Below are positions 52,331-64,000 of a DNA stretch of 64,000 bases, in pieces. Under the pieces are notes generated by a model, which saw nothing but the letters and a program-made list of their open reading frames with translations, was not told the DNA's origin and did not search any database. Position numbers and translations under genes: made by a program. The stretch is from Gnetum montanum. Taxonomy: Eukaryota > Plantae > Gnetophyta. The DNA lies in assembly GCA_015680685.1 (NCBI GenBank), contig MNCI01003135.1, positions 248,001 through 312,000 of the forward strand, written 5' to 3'. How positions within the stretch are numbered: the stretch's first letter is position 1; each line of letters starts with the position of its first letter.

Positions 52331-53370
52331 GCCTTGTGGGGATCCTAACTACCTCTATGATATTGAGCATGCTTCGGGTTGCAAGTAGGGTTTCGTCATG
52401 ATCATCCCTGTTATGACGTCTGTGATGTCTTCGTGGTGGTTCCCTACTCTCCCTACGTCCTTGCCCTTGTCCTAACTCCTCTCGACCTTCCTGTTGAGGT
52501 CTTTCATCTTCCTTACTTTTACCCTCTCCGTTATGCTCACGATGGTTGCGCCCAGATGTGGAAGGAGAGTGTGAATGGTGAGATGAAGTAGAAGAGGAAG
52601 GGGATCCATCACCATGGCGATGTTTCTTACCTTCTCTTCGGTTGCTTCAGCCCTGATCGTTGTAATGATCTAAGTGTCCATCCTTAGTGTGAGTGATTAT
52701 TCCTGCCATGAACAGTTGGTGTTCATGGGGATTAGAGCCTATAGCATGTACAGTTGATCAAAGGCCCTAATGCCTAACCTCTTCACCATTGTGAGCAGGA
52801 GGAACATCATTTTCTAAGAAACCCATTGTGAGGGGTTCCTCGTCTCCTATTTCACTAAGGACATGGGGGACCTTGCCCTTTAACAATGAATGTTGGCTCT
52901 TCTGCCATTCATCCTAAATACGTTGGGCATCTATGGGATGATAATCCCTTGTGTCAAAGTTATCCAGAATGTATTCCACAAATAGTTCTTCCATGCCAAT
53001 CTATGCTAAAGCATGGAAAAGCATGTTAGGGACTGATCGATCCAGGGGTAACACAATGTTACCTTGCAAATCTCTCGATTGCAGTTGTTCATCTTAATGG
53101 AGAATAAAAGTAAAATTAGGTACATACTCATTGGGATGAGTATATGTCACCTTAGATTGTTTAGGACATGGCTGGTCTAGGTTATGTGTATGATGCTGAC
53201 TATCTTCCATGTTATCCTTAGGTGAGTTAACCTTATGAGAAGAATCCATTTTATTAGTGTGCTATTCACCGTTATATATGTTCTTATCTAACTAATTAAC
53301 CCAAAGGTTCATTAAGGCTCACAACGATGTGAAAGATTTCCTAATGTTCTAATTGGCGTACAAACACTTA

Positions 53371-53388
53371 GTCCCCGAAACGGTGCCA
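53371..53388 (-). promoter_or_regulatory. Primer-binding site, tRNA-Asp type (Athila-like)
   Basis: Minus strand TGGCACCGTTTCGGGGAC versus the Athila consensus TGGCGCCGTTGCCGGGGA. Confidence 0.75.
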
Positions 53389-53389
53389 A

Positions 53390-54350
53390 TGATGAGTGGC
53401 GAGGTACCCCTACACTCAACCATACGAAACGAGCATAACACATGTGATCCGGTCGAACTCCGTAGACTAAATGCCTAAACGTCGCAAGGAACACTTGGGG
53501 TTAATTAATCATTGTGTTCCTAGACTTACTTGTTGTTGTCACGGTGTATGGTTAAGTAAGTCCCACGTATATGATTTTTTTGGTATTTTCTGGTTTATCT
53601 CCTATGTTAAACGGTGAAGGGTTGAGAGACTAAAACTAATTCTAACTATAGTGCTAAGTCCTAGCGTCAGCATTCGTTCCCACTTGCCGTACACACCCTG
53701 AACTGTGCAACTGTGGCTACCAAACGCTAATCGTTACTTGGATTACCACACGTAACGCACATGCTTGAAGCGGTTGTACTGAGGCACCTAGCTAGCCTAA
53801 GTGTGAAAAGCAGCTAATTCCTTGACTAGCCGTACACATCTGTAGATGCTCGTAATCAAGTCGTACTTGTCCCACGTTCTAGGAGGTAAGGGTGAGAGAA
53901 TCTAATCGTGATGAGTAGTTGATTCGTTGGCTAGCCGTACACGTTCGTCAACGCTCATAACCAAGTCGTACTCATGCTGCGTTACTAGGAAAGCAATAAA
54001 TAACATTAATTAAACCTATCCATGCACTGCAAGGTTTATCCAGAAAGCTCATCTTTATTGCCATTCACAACTTGCGTTCAGGTACAAAGCTGCTCGAATA
54101 AAGAACCATTCACTTGGGGGACTCCTACTACAGGCACATGGAAAATATTCTATCTCTAGGATGATCAATCCACCAGAGCTTTGCTACTTTATGCCTAGGA
54201 TGTGAAATGAGGGGAGTGTCGCCTCTTATTTATAGATTTGGTGGCGGACTGCGATATCGCGTACGCGATATCACAGGGGACGACGTGATATCACATATGC
54301 GATATCGCAGGGGATGCGATATCATAGCAGGTGCATATCGCATCTCATCA
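53390..54350 (-). repeat. 5' LTR of the non-autonomous element
   Basis: Colinear with 47001-47989. Confidence 0.92.
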
Positions 54351-55280
54351 AGATGAAAACATTTATATCCACATGTTCTTAAATCATAAAAGAAAAGAAA
54401 CAAACATCATTTTCCTCTATTATCCAACTTATCTATTAACTGATTTGGAATCCTGACATAACAAATACAACCAAACACATTTAAATAAGGTAAATTTGGA
54501 GGCTTACAATAAAGCAACTGATAAGGATTCTTCTCTCCATTTGATGATATGATCTATCTGTTAAGAAAATATGTTTCCATGTAGATTGCCACATGCCAAT
54601 ACTCATTAGAAATTGAGGCATGTTGCAATAAACATTTTGCCATCTCTTGTAAGACACCATTCTTTCTTTCTACATTGCCATTATTTTGGGTTGAATATCC
54701 ACATGTGGGTTATTTTTCTATTCCATATTCAACATGATAATCATTAAATTCATTTGAAAGAAATTTACCACCATGATCTAACATGATTTTCTTAATCCTC
54801 AAACCAAACCTATCCTTAAGAAACTTCTGAAAATTCTTGAATGTAGGAAATACTTCATTCTTAGAATGCAAAACATATGAATTGGCATACCTAGAAAAAT
54901 CATAAGCAATTACCAAAAAATATCTTCCTCCATTTATTGCAACTATGGAGATAGATCCAACCACATCCATATGCAAAATTTCTAGTGGATGTACCTTCTT
55001 GTGTAAAAGCAAACTTTCCTCTTCAATCATAGTTGTAAAAGAAAACATTTCATCAACATGATTTTATACAAAAGCAGCTCCAAGACAATAGAACTGATTT
55101 TTTAGTATTGGAAGCTTGGATATGACCCTCCTTGAGTCTAAAATTGTATAGATGTCATCTTAGAAAACAACTTGATTTTCCATTTTTACCATCTATTCAA
55201 CTAAAAGTAAGGAATTAGATAATTTTGGAACATAGAAAACATCATGGACCTGCACTTGACTTCCATATTTAAGAGTAATA
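54351..55280 (-). pseudogene. Decayed copia integrase and upstream protease region
   Basis: PLEILHMDVVG...GGRYFLVI..DFSRY...DHGGKF (54710-55048), HDVFYVPKL near 55230. Confidence 0.88.
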
Positions 55281-56739
55281 AGGACTTATAAAAATTAAAA
55301 ATACATAGGATTCATTATGAAAAACCCTATGACATTTTTATAATTTTAAATTCACCTCTCAACTACCCTAAATTTATGAAAATAATCATATCCTAAATTA
55401 CTATAGAATAATGAAAATTGGCAAGAAACCATCATTATTACATCAAAAGACCATAAAACTTATATGATACTAGAAATTATGGTTAGAGCTACAAGAATGT
55501 TAAGTAATATAACCCTACCTTTGTATTTCAATATCTACTCAAAATTGTTTGCTTGTTTATAGAACCTTCAATATCATTATGCACTTCTAGCTACTATAGC
55601 AACATGAACCCTATTGCCATGCACTTTCGACACCCATTACAACAAAACCCTCAAATGCTATATACTCTCAATAATGTCTAAGAATATCTTAGAATTCCTA
55701 CATCATTTGCCCATCTAATTACTATCAGATGTCAAATGCTCCTATGGGTTTTCATGTTGTACTCATAAAATCACCAAGTCTTACTCCTCTACTAGTATGA
55801 AACATCCAAAACTAACTGAAGGCTTCTTGTTGTGGATGTGAGACTTGATCATAAATTGACTTAAAAACTCACTTAATCTCATCCTATGTTAACTTATGAT
55901 ACAATCATCTCTATAATCATTTAATCTTATCATATGATGACTCATAACATAATTATCTCTATAGCCATTTGGAAGCCAAGTCATAATCATCGTCATCATC
56001 ATCCAAGTCATAATTATGAAATAAAAATTCAAAATAGTTATTTTGAAGCTAATGATAAATCATGTAAATTATAACATATGTCACACAATACTTCAACATT
56101 TCTAGTTTATTGGTCAAAAGTACTTAACTACACAACCTCATATGATTAGAGCACATAATTATAATAATAAGATAAAAACATGAATAATTAAAGCAAAAAT
56201 AACAAAATAATAAAAAATACAAAATTACATAAAAATGTTTTTTTAAAAAAATTATATCAACTACATGTGTCACTCAGTGTCACACTAGTAATACCAACTA
56301 CACATGTTACACGATGTCACATTCTTTGCTAATCATCATTACCACTATTGACAAAGGATGTCAAGAATATAAAAGACATAGTTTTAAGTCACAACAATAA
56401 CTTATCAAGGATTATTAGTTAATAGATGTTAAATGTATCATCATCTTCATCTTCTTCTAAGTCTAGTTTTAAAAAATCACTTTGAACATCATTCACTAAA
56501 TTTTTTTGGTTATCATCTATGACATTGCAATAAGATTACAATATTTCATCATTGATAAAGTGAATTTTTTTTTGGCTATAATATCATAGATCTAATATTG
56601 TAGCTTGAGAAAAAGCAACATTGTCACATATGCAATATAGTAAGATGTGTGCCAAGCTATAAATATAACCATTAGTCACATGGATTCATAGTAGATTTCA
56701 TTCAATAGTAGCAAAACTCTTTTAATTTGTTTTCATGAA

Positions 56740-57190
56740 TTTAGTATTTAGCACTTAGAAGTGTATGTCCAAAGTATGGTGTTGAGTGATTGTATGGTGT
56801 CTTTATTTAAGTGAATTGTACTAAGACAAAGTTCATGACCAACAATAAAGATCAAGATTACATATCATCATTGTAGCATCCACTTAGTTTTTTTTCTATT
56901 TACTTAGAATAATTGCTCCTATTTTTCCTAGTTAATCCTTTACTTTAGAAGCACTTTATTTTACATGTTAAAAGTAAGTGATATGAATACAACTAGTTTC
57001 AAGTGCTAAGTGTAGTTATCTGGTAACCCTGTAGTGTTATCAATTGGTACACCTAGTCATGGTACACTTAGTAACCCCAATGATGACTGTATGAGTCCAA
57101 GGCACGTATGGTAAACCAAGACTAGATATTTATCACCTTATGATAGAATAGATTTGTTCACTATTGTACTTAGGCTTAGAAACTATTTCC
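56740..57190 (+). mobile_element. LTR fragment related to the 2040-2906 LTR, opposite orientation
   Basis: Reverse complement aligns with ~2260-2720 (gactcat, ttac.aagtg, catgaact.tgtc..agta...ttcactt.aataaa). Confidence 0.55.
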
Positions 57191-57199
57191 ATTTCATCA

Positions 57200-58149
57200 T
57201 GTTCACTAGGAGTAATTACAAGCACTGATGGTAGTAATCACATCATCCACTTGTCCAAGAGGAACTATGATTGATTGGTTTGCAAGCTCTAAGAAAATGT
57301 TACTTTTATTTAATGGTGGAAGGTTCTAGGCCTGATACATATCTTGAAAGATTAGGTTTACTCTAGATCTAGAATCAAGTAGGGGTTTGCATTGTTCTTG
57401 CCCTACTATTTGGAAGTAAACTAAGGGACTTCTTGGATTAGTTCTCTTTTGTGGAAGAGGTTCTGCTTTAATCCAATGAGTTATTGTTTGTGTAAGCATG
57501 ATAGTTGTAACATTTGATCGTGATGAACTGGAAAGCTTGTTGTGTTGACAAGGATTAGATGTGGATGGGGTAGAAGTAAATGTGTTTCCCATTCATTGAA
57601 TCTTTTCTAGACTCATTCTGAAAAATTATTGTTTCCCAGGTTGAGATTCATAGGTAACCATCTCCTCTTGCATATTAACTATCCTAGTAGCATTCTTTTT
57701 TTATGGTCATGATGTTAATTCCACCTACATAACATGTGGTGGCACTAATGGTAGAGGATTTAGGTGTTTATTAGAATGACTAGCTATTGATGGATGCACA
57801 TATGAGTTTGGATCAATCCTTGGTGACATTGATCTGTGGTATTCTACTAGATAGTACTATGGGGTTTGAACAATTGCATTACCAAGTGATACTATATGTT
57901 GAATGAAATATCCATACAAATCTAGCTATATGTATGGATATTGTTGGTGAGGTGGTCACATAGCCCATGATTAAGGATGCTACCACTATTGTTAATAGTT
58001 CTCTTGTGATTGTGGCAAGCCTTCACTGGGATAATACATTGGTTGGTGATTTTGTTGGTAGTTACCTTAATGATAAGGTAATCATTTGGGCATCTACCTT
58101 TTAAAAAATTTGGGATTGAGTGTGCATGCTTGTGTTTCTTGTAGATGTG
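57200..58149 (-). pseudogene. Athila-like gag-protease remnant interrupted by the 58150 element
   Basis: ORF 57326-57592 (IMLTQTITHWIKA..PLLDSRSRVNLI) is homologous to 50556-50792. HLQETQACTLNP lies at the junction. Confidence 0.8.
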
Positions 58150-58982
58150 TGATGAGCTGCGATATCAAGGCCACGATATCATGTACGCGATATTAGAGCC
58201 TTCTAAGTGATATGGGACATCTGATATTGGGGCCTATCTTGACACATATAAATAAGAGGCAGGCACACTTGGTTTGGCAATAGTTAGTTGATTAATCTTA
58301 GTCCCTTAACTAAACTCTTGCCTTTTTTCTTTCTTAGAGTTAGAATTATTTTTGAGTGCTTGTAATAGGAGTCATAAATCAAACAGATCCTTATTCGAGC
58401 ATTGTGTACCTGACCACACCTTGTGGCTGGAAATAAAAATGAACTTTGTGATAAACCTTACAGCATTTAGAATAGCTTATTTAATGTTACTTATAGTTAT
58501 TTAATGCTTTCCTTATTTAATTAATGTTCTCTCTCTTACCTTGTTAACTCTCCCAAGTAAGCACACTCAGTACAACCACTTTGAGCATGCGTGGAAGACT
58601 TGGTAACCCAGTAATAATTAGCGTTTGGTAATCCCAATAGTGTTGCACTAGTTTAGGATGTGGATAGCAAGTGAGAATAGATGCTGTTGTTAGGACTAGT
58701 TAGAGCATAGTCGATTAGTTAAATTAAATTGGTTACTTAATTAGTTCACTTCTCCCTTTGTAACATCAGGACATAAAACATAAAAATATATAAAAATCAT
58801 ATACCTCAAGTTTACTTAATCATACAATCCTGCTATACAAGTAAGCTTGGGAAGACAATGATTGACTAACCTGTTTGGGTTCTATAAAGGTGCATAAGAA
58901 CTTAGTCCTTAGAATTCAACCGGATCATGCATGTATGCTCGTATTCGTCTGGTTGAGCATACGGATACCTCGTCGCTCATCA
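58150..58982 (+). repeat. 5' LTR
   Basis: TG..CA ends, gatatc repeats then TATAAATA at ~58246. Reverse-complement similarity to the 47001 LTR. Confidence 0.85.
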
Positions 58983-60059
58983 TTGGCACTGTTGCCAAGG
59001 ACTTTGTTGATTGTGCACTAGCTAGAACTTAGGAAATCTTCCCATCCTTGGAACAAACCCTTAGGGTTGGTTATCTTACAATTAGTGAAACAAAAAGTAT
59101 TGCACACTGAATAGTCAATTTTGTCTCCTTCTTTTTATAAGAGTGTTTCATTTCCTAGGTTCAATACATGGAAAAATTAGAGGCGTAGTACACATGATAA
59201 TCCACCAGTCCATCAATAGTTTCATGTGGTATATGTTCATCCTAATGAGTATATACCAAACTTTACCTTTATCTTCCACCAGGATGAAAAACTGCATTGG
59301 CATGATTTAGAAGGTAACATAGTGTTACCTCCTGATCACTTAGTCCTAGGCATGCTTCTTCGTGATCTCACATGAATTGGTATGCAGCACTTACAAGTAG
59401 AGTACGTTGTGCATGATCATGACTTGAGAAAGTATTGACCCACAGAGGTACAACATCAAAGGGATCTACAATAGAAGAGGCATCATGAATCCATGAAGGG
59501 GAAATTATCTTAGAATTTCTTGTATGTCATCAGTGAAAATGAGGGTGGTGAACCTACCTTAGGAAGTCTCCCACATAATGATGTTCCTTCCATCGACTTC
59601 TGTCAAGGGCTTGTGTATCAGAATCTTTACTTAACTATCCATGACCTAGATTCTGGTACCGATAGATAGAAAGGGTCTAAAAAAAGAACACGAACACATG
59701 ACAAAGATGGACATTCTAATCATAACCACGATCGAGGCCACAACAACTGAAGAGAAGGAAGTAGGCACCATCATGGTGATGGTTCTCCTTCTTCTTCACC
59801 TTCATCATTTCCTTCATCCTCTCCTTTAGGATCTAGATGCAATCATAAGGAAAAAGGCCCTAAGAATAATGGTAAGTGAAATGAGAATCGTAGACAAAGT
59901 AGCTGAGAAAGGGAACGAGGGCATTCTCGAGAAACTCATCATGAGAGGAGGGAGAGTAGGGAACAACATAGGCATCATAGATGCCATAGATAATATGATC
60001 ATGATGAGCCCCTACTCACTACTTGAAGTTAGCTAGATATAACTAAGGCTATTAGAATC

Positions 60060-63000
60060 CCATCAAGGCATCAAAAAGATAGTAGGATCAAAAGATTATA
60101 CATGAACAATATCCCACGATTTGAAGCGGGATATAGTGCTGATGATCAAAATCATTTGCAAGAATTTCATGATGCATGTGGCTTGCAAAACATAGAAAAT
60201 GAGTGGCAAAAACTCAAGTTGTTTCCACAGACACTGATCAAGGAAGTAGAAAGTTGGTACCAGTCCTTAGAACTGGAATCCATTTGCCGATGGAGTACCA
60301 TGTTCGAACTGTTCAACGATAAGTATCAAATGTACTCACGAGTGTCCAACTTGCGAAGGGAAATCCAAGGATGGAAACAAGGAGGACATGAACCCTTGGA
60401 TTCTTCCATGGGCTGATATTATGCACTATTACATCATTGCCTAGGCCATGATTACTTGCAAATGGAACAACTATGCCATCTCATAGATGGGCTTAGGCAC
60501 CAAAGGTGAAGAACCCTTGGGACTTATGCCCAAGGAAGGATATCTAAGCTTAGGGTTCATCAAGTACAAATATTGTTGAAGTAGGTTGCTAAAGAGGAAG
60601 GTGAGTTAAGGAAAAGAGTGAGTGTGAAAGAATATAATAAAGATCCTTCCCTTCAAAAGAAGGGAGTTAGATTTTGTGATGATGAACAAGTGTCACCACT
60701 TGAAGAGATAGTGAATAGGAAAACCTTGTCCATTCAAAAACTTGCATCAAAAGTATTGGTAAAGGTGAACCAAATGTAGAAATCCCTAGATAATAGATTT
60801 CAAATAGTTTTTAAAATAGTAGAGGATTTTAGAGAGAAAGGTAGTGATAAAGAAAGGATAAAAAGGAAAGAAGTTGAATTTGCACATAACAAAGGTAAGG
60901 GCAAAGTTGCCATCATCGAAGAGGTTNTCCTTGCATCAAAAGTATTGGTAAAGGTGAACCAAATGTAGAAATCCCTAGATAATAGATTTCAAATATTTTT
61001 TAAAATAGTAGAGGATTTTAGAGAGAAAGGTAGTGATAAAGAAAGGAGAAAAAGGAAAGAAGTTGAATTTGTACATAACAAAGGTAAGGGCAAAGTTGCC
61101 ATCATCGAAGAGGTTGTGGATTTGGATATAGACAATGGTGGTGGATGTGAGATATGCCAATGTAACCATCCTAAGGGATGTTACCCTGTAATCTCACATC
61201 TATAGGAGTCTGGGACGTATGCACTCAACCCATAATTAAAGAGAAGGAAAATACCCTGAAGGTTACCTTATCCCTAAGGTAAACCAAGGTAGTTCCACCA
61301 ACCCTTGATGTATTATCCAAGTGAAATTCCACCACAACCAAATGAGCAGTATCAATAATGATAGCATCCACAATCATGGGGAATTTCACCACCATCTCAA
61401 CAATACCCTTACTATTAATCCAACCCATATGTATACTACGTGTAGCAGCCAATCTCTCCACATGAATCTCCTAGTCATGTTACTTCCCAACCTCACTACC
61501 AAACCCATGAGTATTATAGAACTCCTTTTCCTAGGGAAGATGTTCCAAAAACATACTATTCTTCTCATCTGGATACATATCTTCCACCCTTAACTCCATT
61601 ACCACCTGCTCTATCCATGCAGGGTGAGCTCCTTGCCCAGCCATAACAACGTAATGCTACAAGGGCTATTAATCCTCACTCTACTATTGGTTTAGAAAAT
61701 TGCACAAAGAAGAGACCTTTCTTTAGGACCAATAATCCAACCAAGTCCTTGTAGTCACAAGTGGCTAACTCTCCAAATACCTCACCATCATACAAAACTT
61801 TTGAACCCCCTTCAAACCGAAGGCCACATTCAACGCACATAGTCATGTTAACACATGTCATTACCAATTAGATTAAGGCTGGCCACCTTCCTAGGAAATT
61901 CTCCAATCTTGGGAGTCCTCTTATATATTTACAAATCACTAGGAATGACCCATGCAAAGCTCTTTTGGATTCAGGTTTTGGTATCAACTTAATCTCTCAA
62001 GAAATGCACAAAGCCTAGAACCTACCTCCACTTAAAAAGAGAAACATTCATTTAGAGTTGGCTAACCAGGCCATCACTGTCCCATTAGGACTAGTGGAGG
62101 ACATTGTTACCACTTTTTTTGGATGGTCATATCTAGCCAACTTCCTAGTTATTGAAGTCAACAACTGTAAGGGGGACTTCCCAATCATAATGGGAAGAGC
62201 ATGGGTAAGAACAATTGATGCACACCTAGGAATACATGATCTTTTCCTAGAGATATTAAAGGAAAATACATTTGGAAAGATCGAGAAGAAGAAAGTTTCG
62301 TGCATCGCATATAGTGACATAGGGTGTAGTTGCATGTAAAAGTCCGGGTTTGTACAATGTTTAACATTGCTTGCATGCAACTAGTGTGCACAAGTAACTA
62401 ACATACAAAGATGCTTGTATTTAGTAGCCACAAGATAGGAAGATACCTAGTGGCTGATAGCCGACCAACAGAGCAACTCAACTATATGTATGGAACCAAC
62501 TGAGGGTTTGACTTTCGCTTACATTGATAGCATAGACACATTAGAGCAAGGCCATTGCCAACTTCTAGGTCTCAACATTGAAAATATCAACTGGGGGAAG
62601 TTGGAAATCCCTGACAACTTTAAGCAAGAGCCCTTAGAGTTAAAACCATTGCCCACTTGTATGGAGTACACATTTCTTAAAAATGGAAAATCGGTGATTA
62701 TTAATGCTAAGCTCGCTCCTCAACAAAAAGAGAGATTGCTAAAAATGGTGAAAAAATGGTCAAAAGCCTTCGCTTGGTCATATCTTGAATTAACTAAAAT
62801 AGATCCTAGGATATGCCAACATAGGATTTACATTGACCCCTCCATGAAGCCTCGACGGCAACCGTAGAGGTGATTGAACCCAACGTTGAAGCAAGTGGTT
62901 AAAGAAGAAATTGAAAAACTTCTACAGGCTGGGTTCATCTACCTTATTGCTGATAGAAAATGGGTTAGTCCATTAGTTATTGTGCCCAAAAAGGGAGGTA

Positions 63001-64000
63001 AATGGAGGATGTATGTAGACTTTGGGCTACTAAACATGACAACATTCAAAGATCACTTTCCATTGTCATTCATTGACCAAGTCTTAGACACCATTACAGG
63101 GCATCACTACTATAGTTTTCTGGATGGATATAGTGGATAGAACCAAATCCAAATAGCACTAGAAGACCAAGCCAAGACCACGTTCACAAGTCCTTGAAGG
63201 AAATTTGCATAAAAAAAATCCCATTTGGCTTGTGCAATGCTCCTACAACATTTCAATGTTCGATTATAAGTATCTTCCAATAGTAAATAGGAAATGGTGT
63301 GGACACCTTCATGGATGACTTATCCACCTATAGAGTGAACTTTAATCAAGCCTTGGACCGATTAGAGCAAGTACTAAAGTATTGCATTGAAACCAATGTA
63401 AGGCTCAACTAGAAAAAAATCTATTTAATGTTCCAAGAAGGCATAGTATTAGGACATAAGATTTCACAAATAAGGATAGAGGTAGATCCCAAAAGATCAA
63501 ATTCATTCAAGGAATCACACGTCAACTTGAAACTGTGAAAGACATCTGATCATTCCTTGGACACACTAGCTATTATAGGAGATTCATAGAGAACTTTTCA
63601 TGGGTTGAAAAATCATTGGTTGAACTAATGAAAAAGGATATACCTTTTGAATGGACCAGAGAATGTGAGTTAACTTTTCAAAATTTGAAATAGAAGCTTG
63701 TAGAAACACTTATTCTATAAGCTCCTAACTAGTCTAGACCATTCCACATCACGACTTATGCATCCAACTATGGTTTAGGAGCTGTACTTACATAGTTAGA
63801 TGACCAAAAACATCCTTATTATATTCACTATGCAAGTCAAAGTATTGTTGGTGCACAACTCAATTACACCACAATAGAAAAGGAATTAATGGTTGTGGTG
63901 TTTGCACTAGATAAGTTCAGACACTATGTATTGGGCTATAAGGTATTTATACATACAAATCATAGTGTAATTTAGTTCCTACTGAATAAACCAACAATGA
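60060..64000 (+). pseudogene. Decayed gag-pol
   Basis: ORFs 60102-60416, 62058-62339, 62490-62867 and 62874-63140, plus RNase H ASNYGLGAVL..NYTTIEKEL, with in-frame stops. Confidence 0.9.

Larger units (their letters stand above)
47001..54350 (-). mobile_element. Structurally complete non-autonomous Athila-like LTR element encoding gag-protease only
   Basis: LTRs 47001-47989 and 53390-54350 (TG..CA; ~10 differences in the first 100 nt), TSD ggatg/agatg, tRNA-Asp-type PBS, PPT-like agtcatgggggta. No RT, RH or INT motifs seen. Confidence 0.9.
16566..55280 (-). mobile_element. Ty1/copia element in three pieces (~16566-17045, 45264-47000, 54351-~55280), host of the nested insertions
   Basis: Removing the insertions restores GYKCFHPIDRKWYCFRNVVFDE across 54351/47000 and ANLLTKPL...MIGM|CKVD across 45264/17045. 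PPT aaaggagggaa precedes the LTR start TGTTGAG at 16959. The left LTR boundary and the 5' end are uncertain. Confidence 0.8.
58150..64000 (+). mobile_element. Athila-like element with pol (5' LTR, PBS, gag-PR-RT-RH; runs off the window), relative of 47001-54350
   Basis: LTR 58150-58982 (TGATGAG..CTCATCA), PBS tggcactgttgccaagga at 58984-59001, gag 60102-60416 highly similar to 51585-52217, RT WVSPLVIVPKKGGKWRM..DF and FLDGYSG. Confidence 0.9.

Noticed and set aside
55290-56730. AT-rich segment with short tgtcac repeats
   Set aside because: No termini, TSD or recognisable protein motif could be supported. Left unannotated.
60741-61115. 186-bp near-identical tandem duplication in gag
   Set aside because: The two copies flank the single N at 60927, typical of an unmerged contig overlap. 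Treated as an assembly artefact.

Overview
This is land-plant nuclear DNA (species not determinable), roughly 90% nested, decayed LTR retrotransposons. CG and CHG sites are strongly depleted and CAG/CGA codons are often converted to TAG/TGA stops. A minus-strand Ty1/copia element (~16.5-55.3 kb) is split by two insertions. The first is a giant Tat/Ogre-like Ty3/gypsy element (17046-45263, perfect CATAC target-site duplication (TSD), tRNA-Asn primer-binding site (PBS), extra archaeal-type RNase H) that itself contains a chromovirus (23850-33601). The second is a younger gag-protease-only Athila-like element (47001-54350, GGATG/AGATG TSD). More Athila-family copies lie at 1-11.3 kb and 56.7-64 kb. 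The only host-like sequence is a CpG-retaining island at ~11.3-16.4 kb. It holds two paralogous TATA-driven small genes with signal-peptide-like N-termini (one with an IDA/CLE/CTNIP-like motif RFIPPSTGPNCRRN), a near-perfect 90-nt hairpin and a decayed 5S rRNA copy. Each of the three gypsy lineages carries remnants of a spliced accessory gene; in the Tat element it is a multi-intron antisense gene inside a putative 5.7-kb intron between protease and RT. All calls come from reading the sequence by eye; no searches were run.
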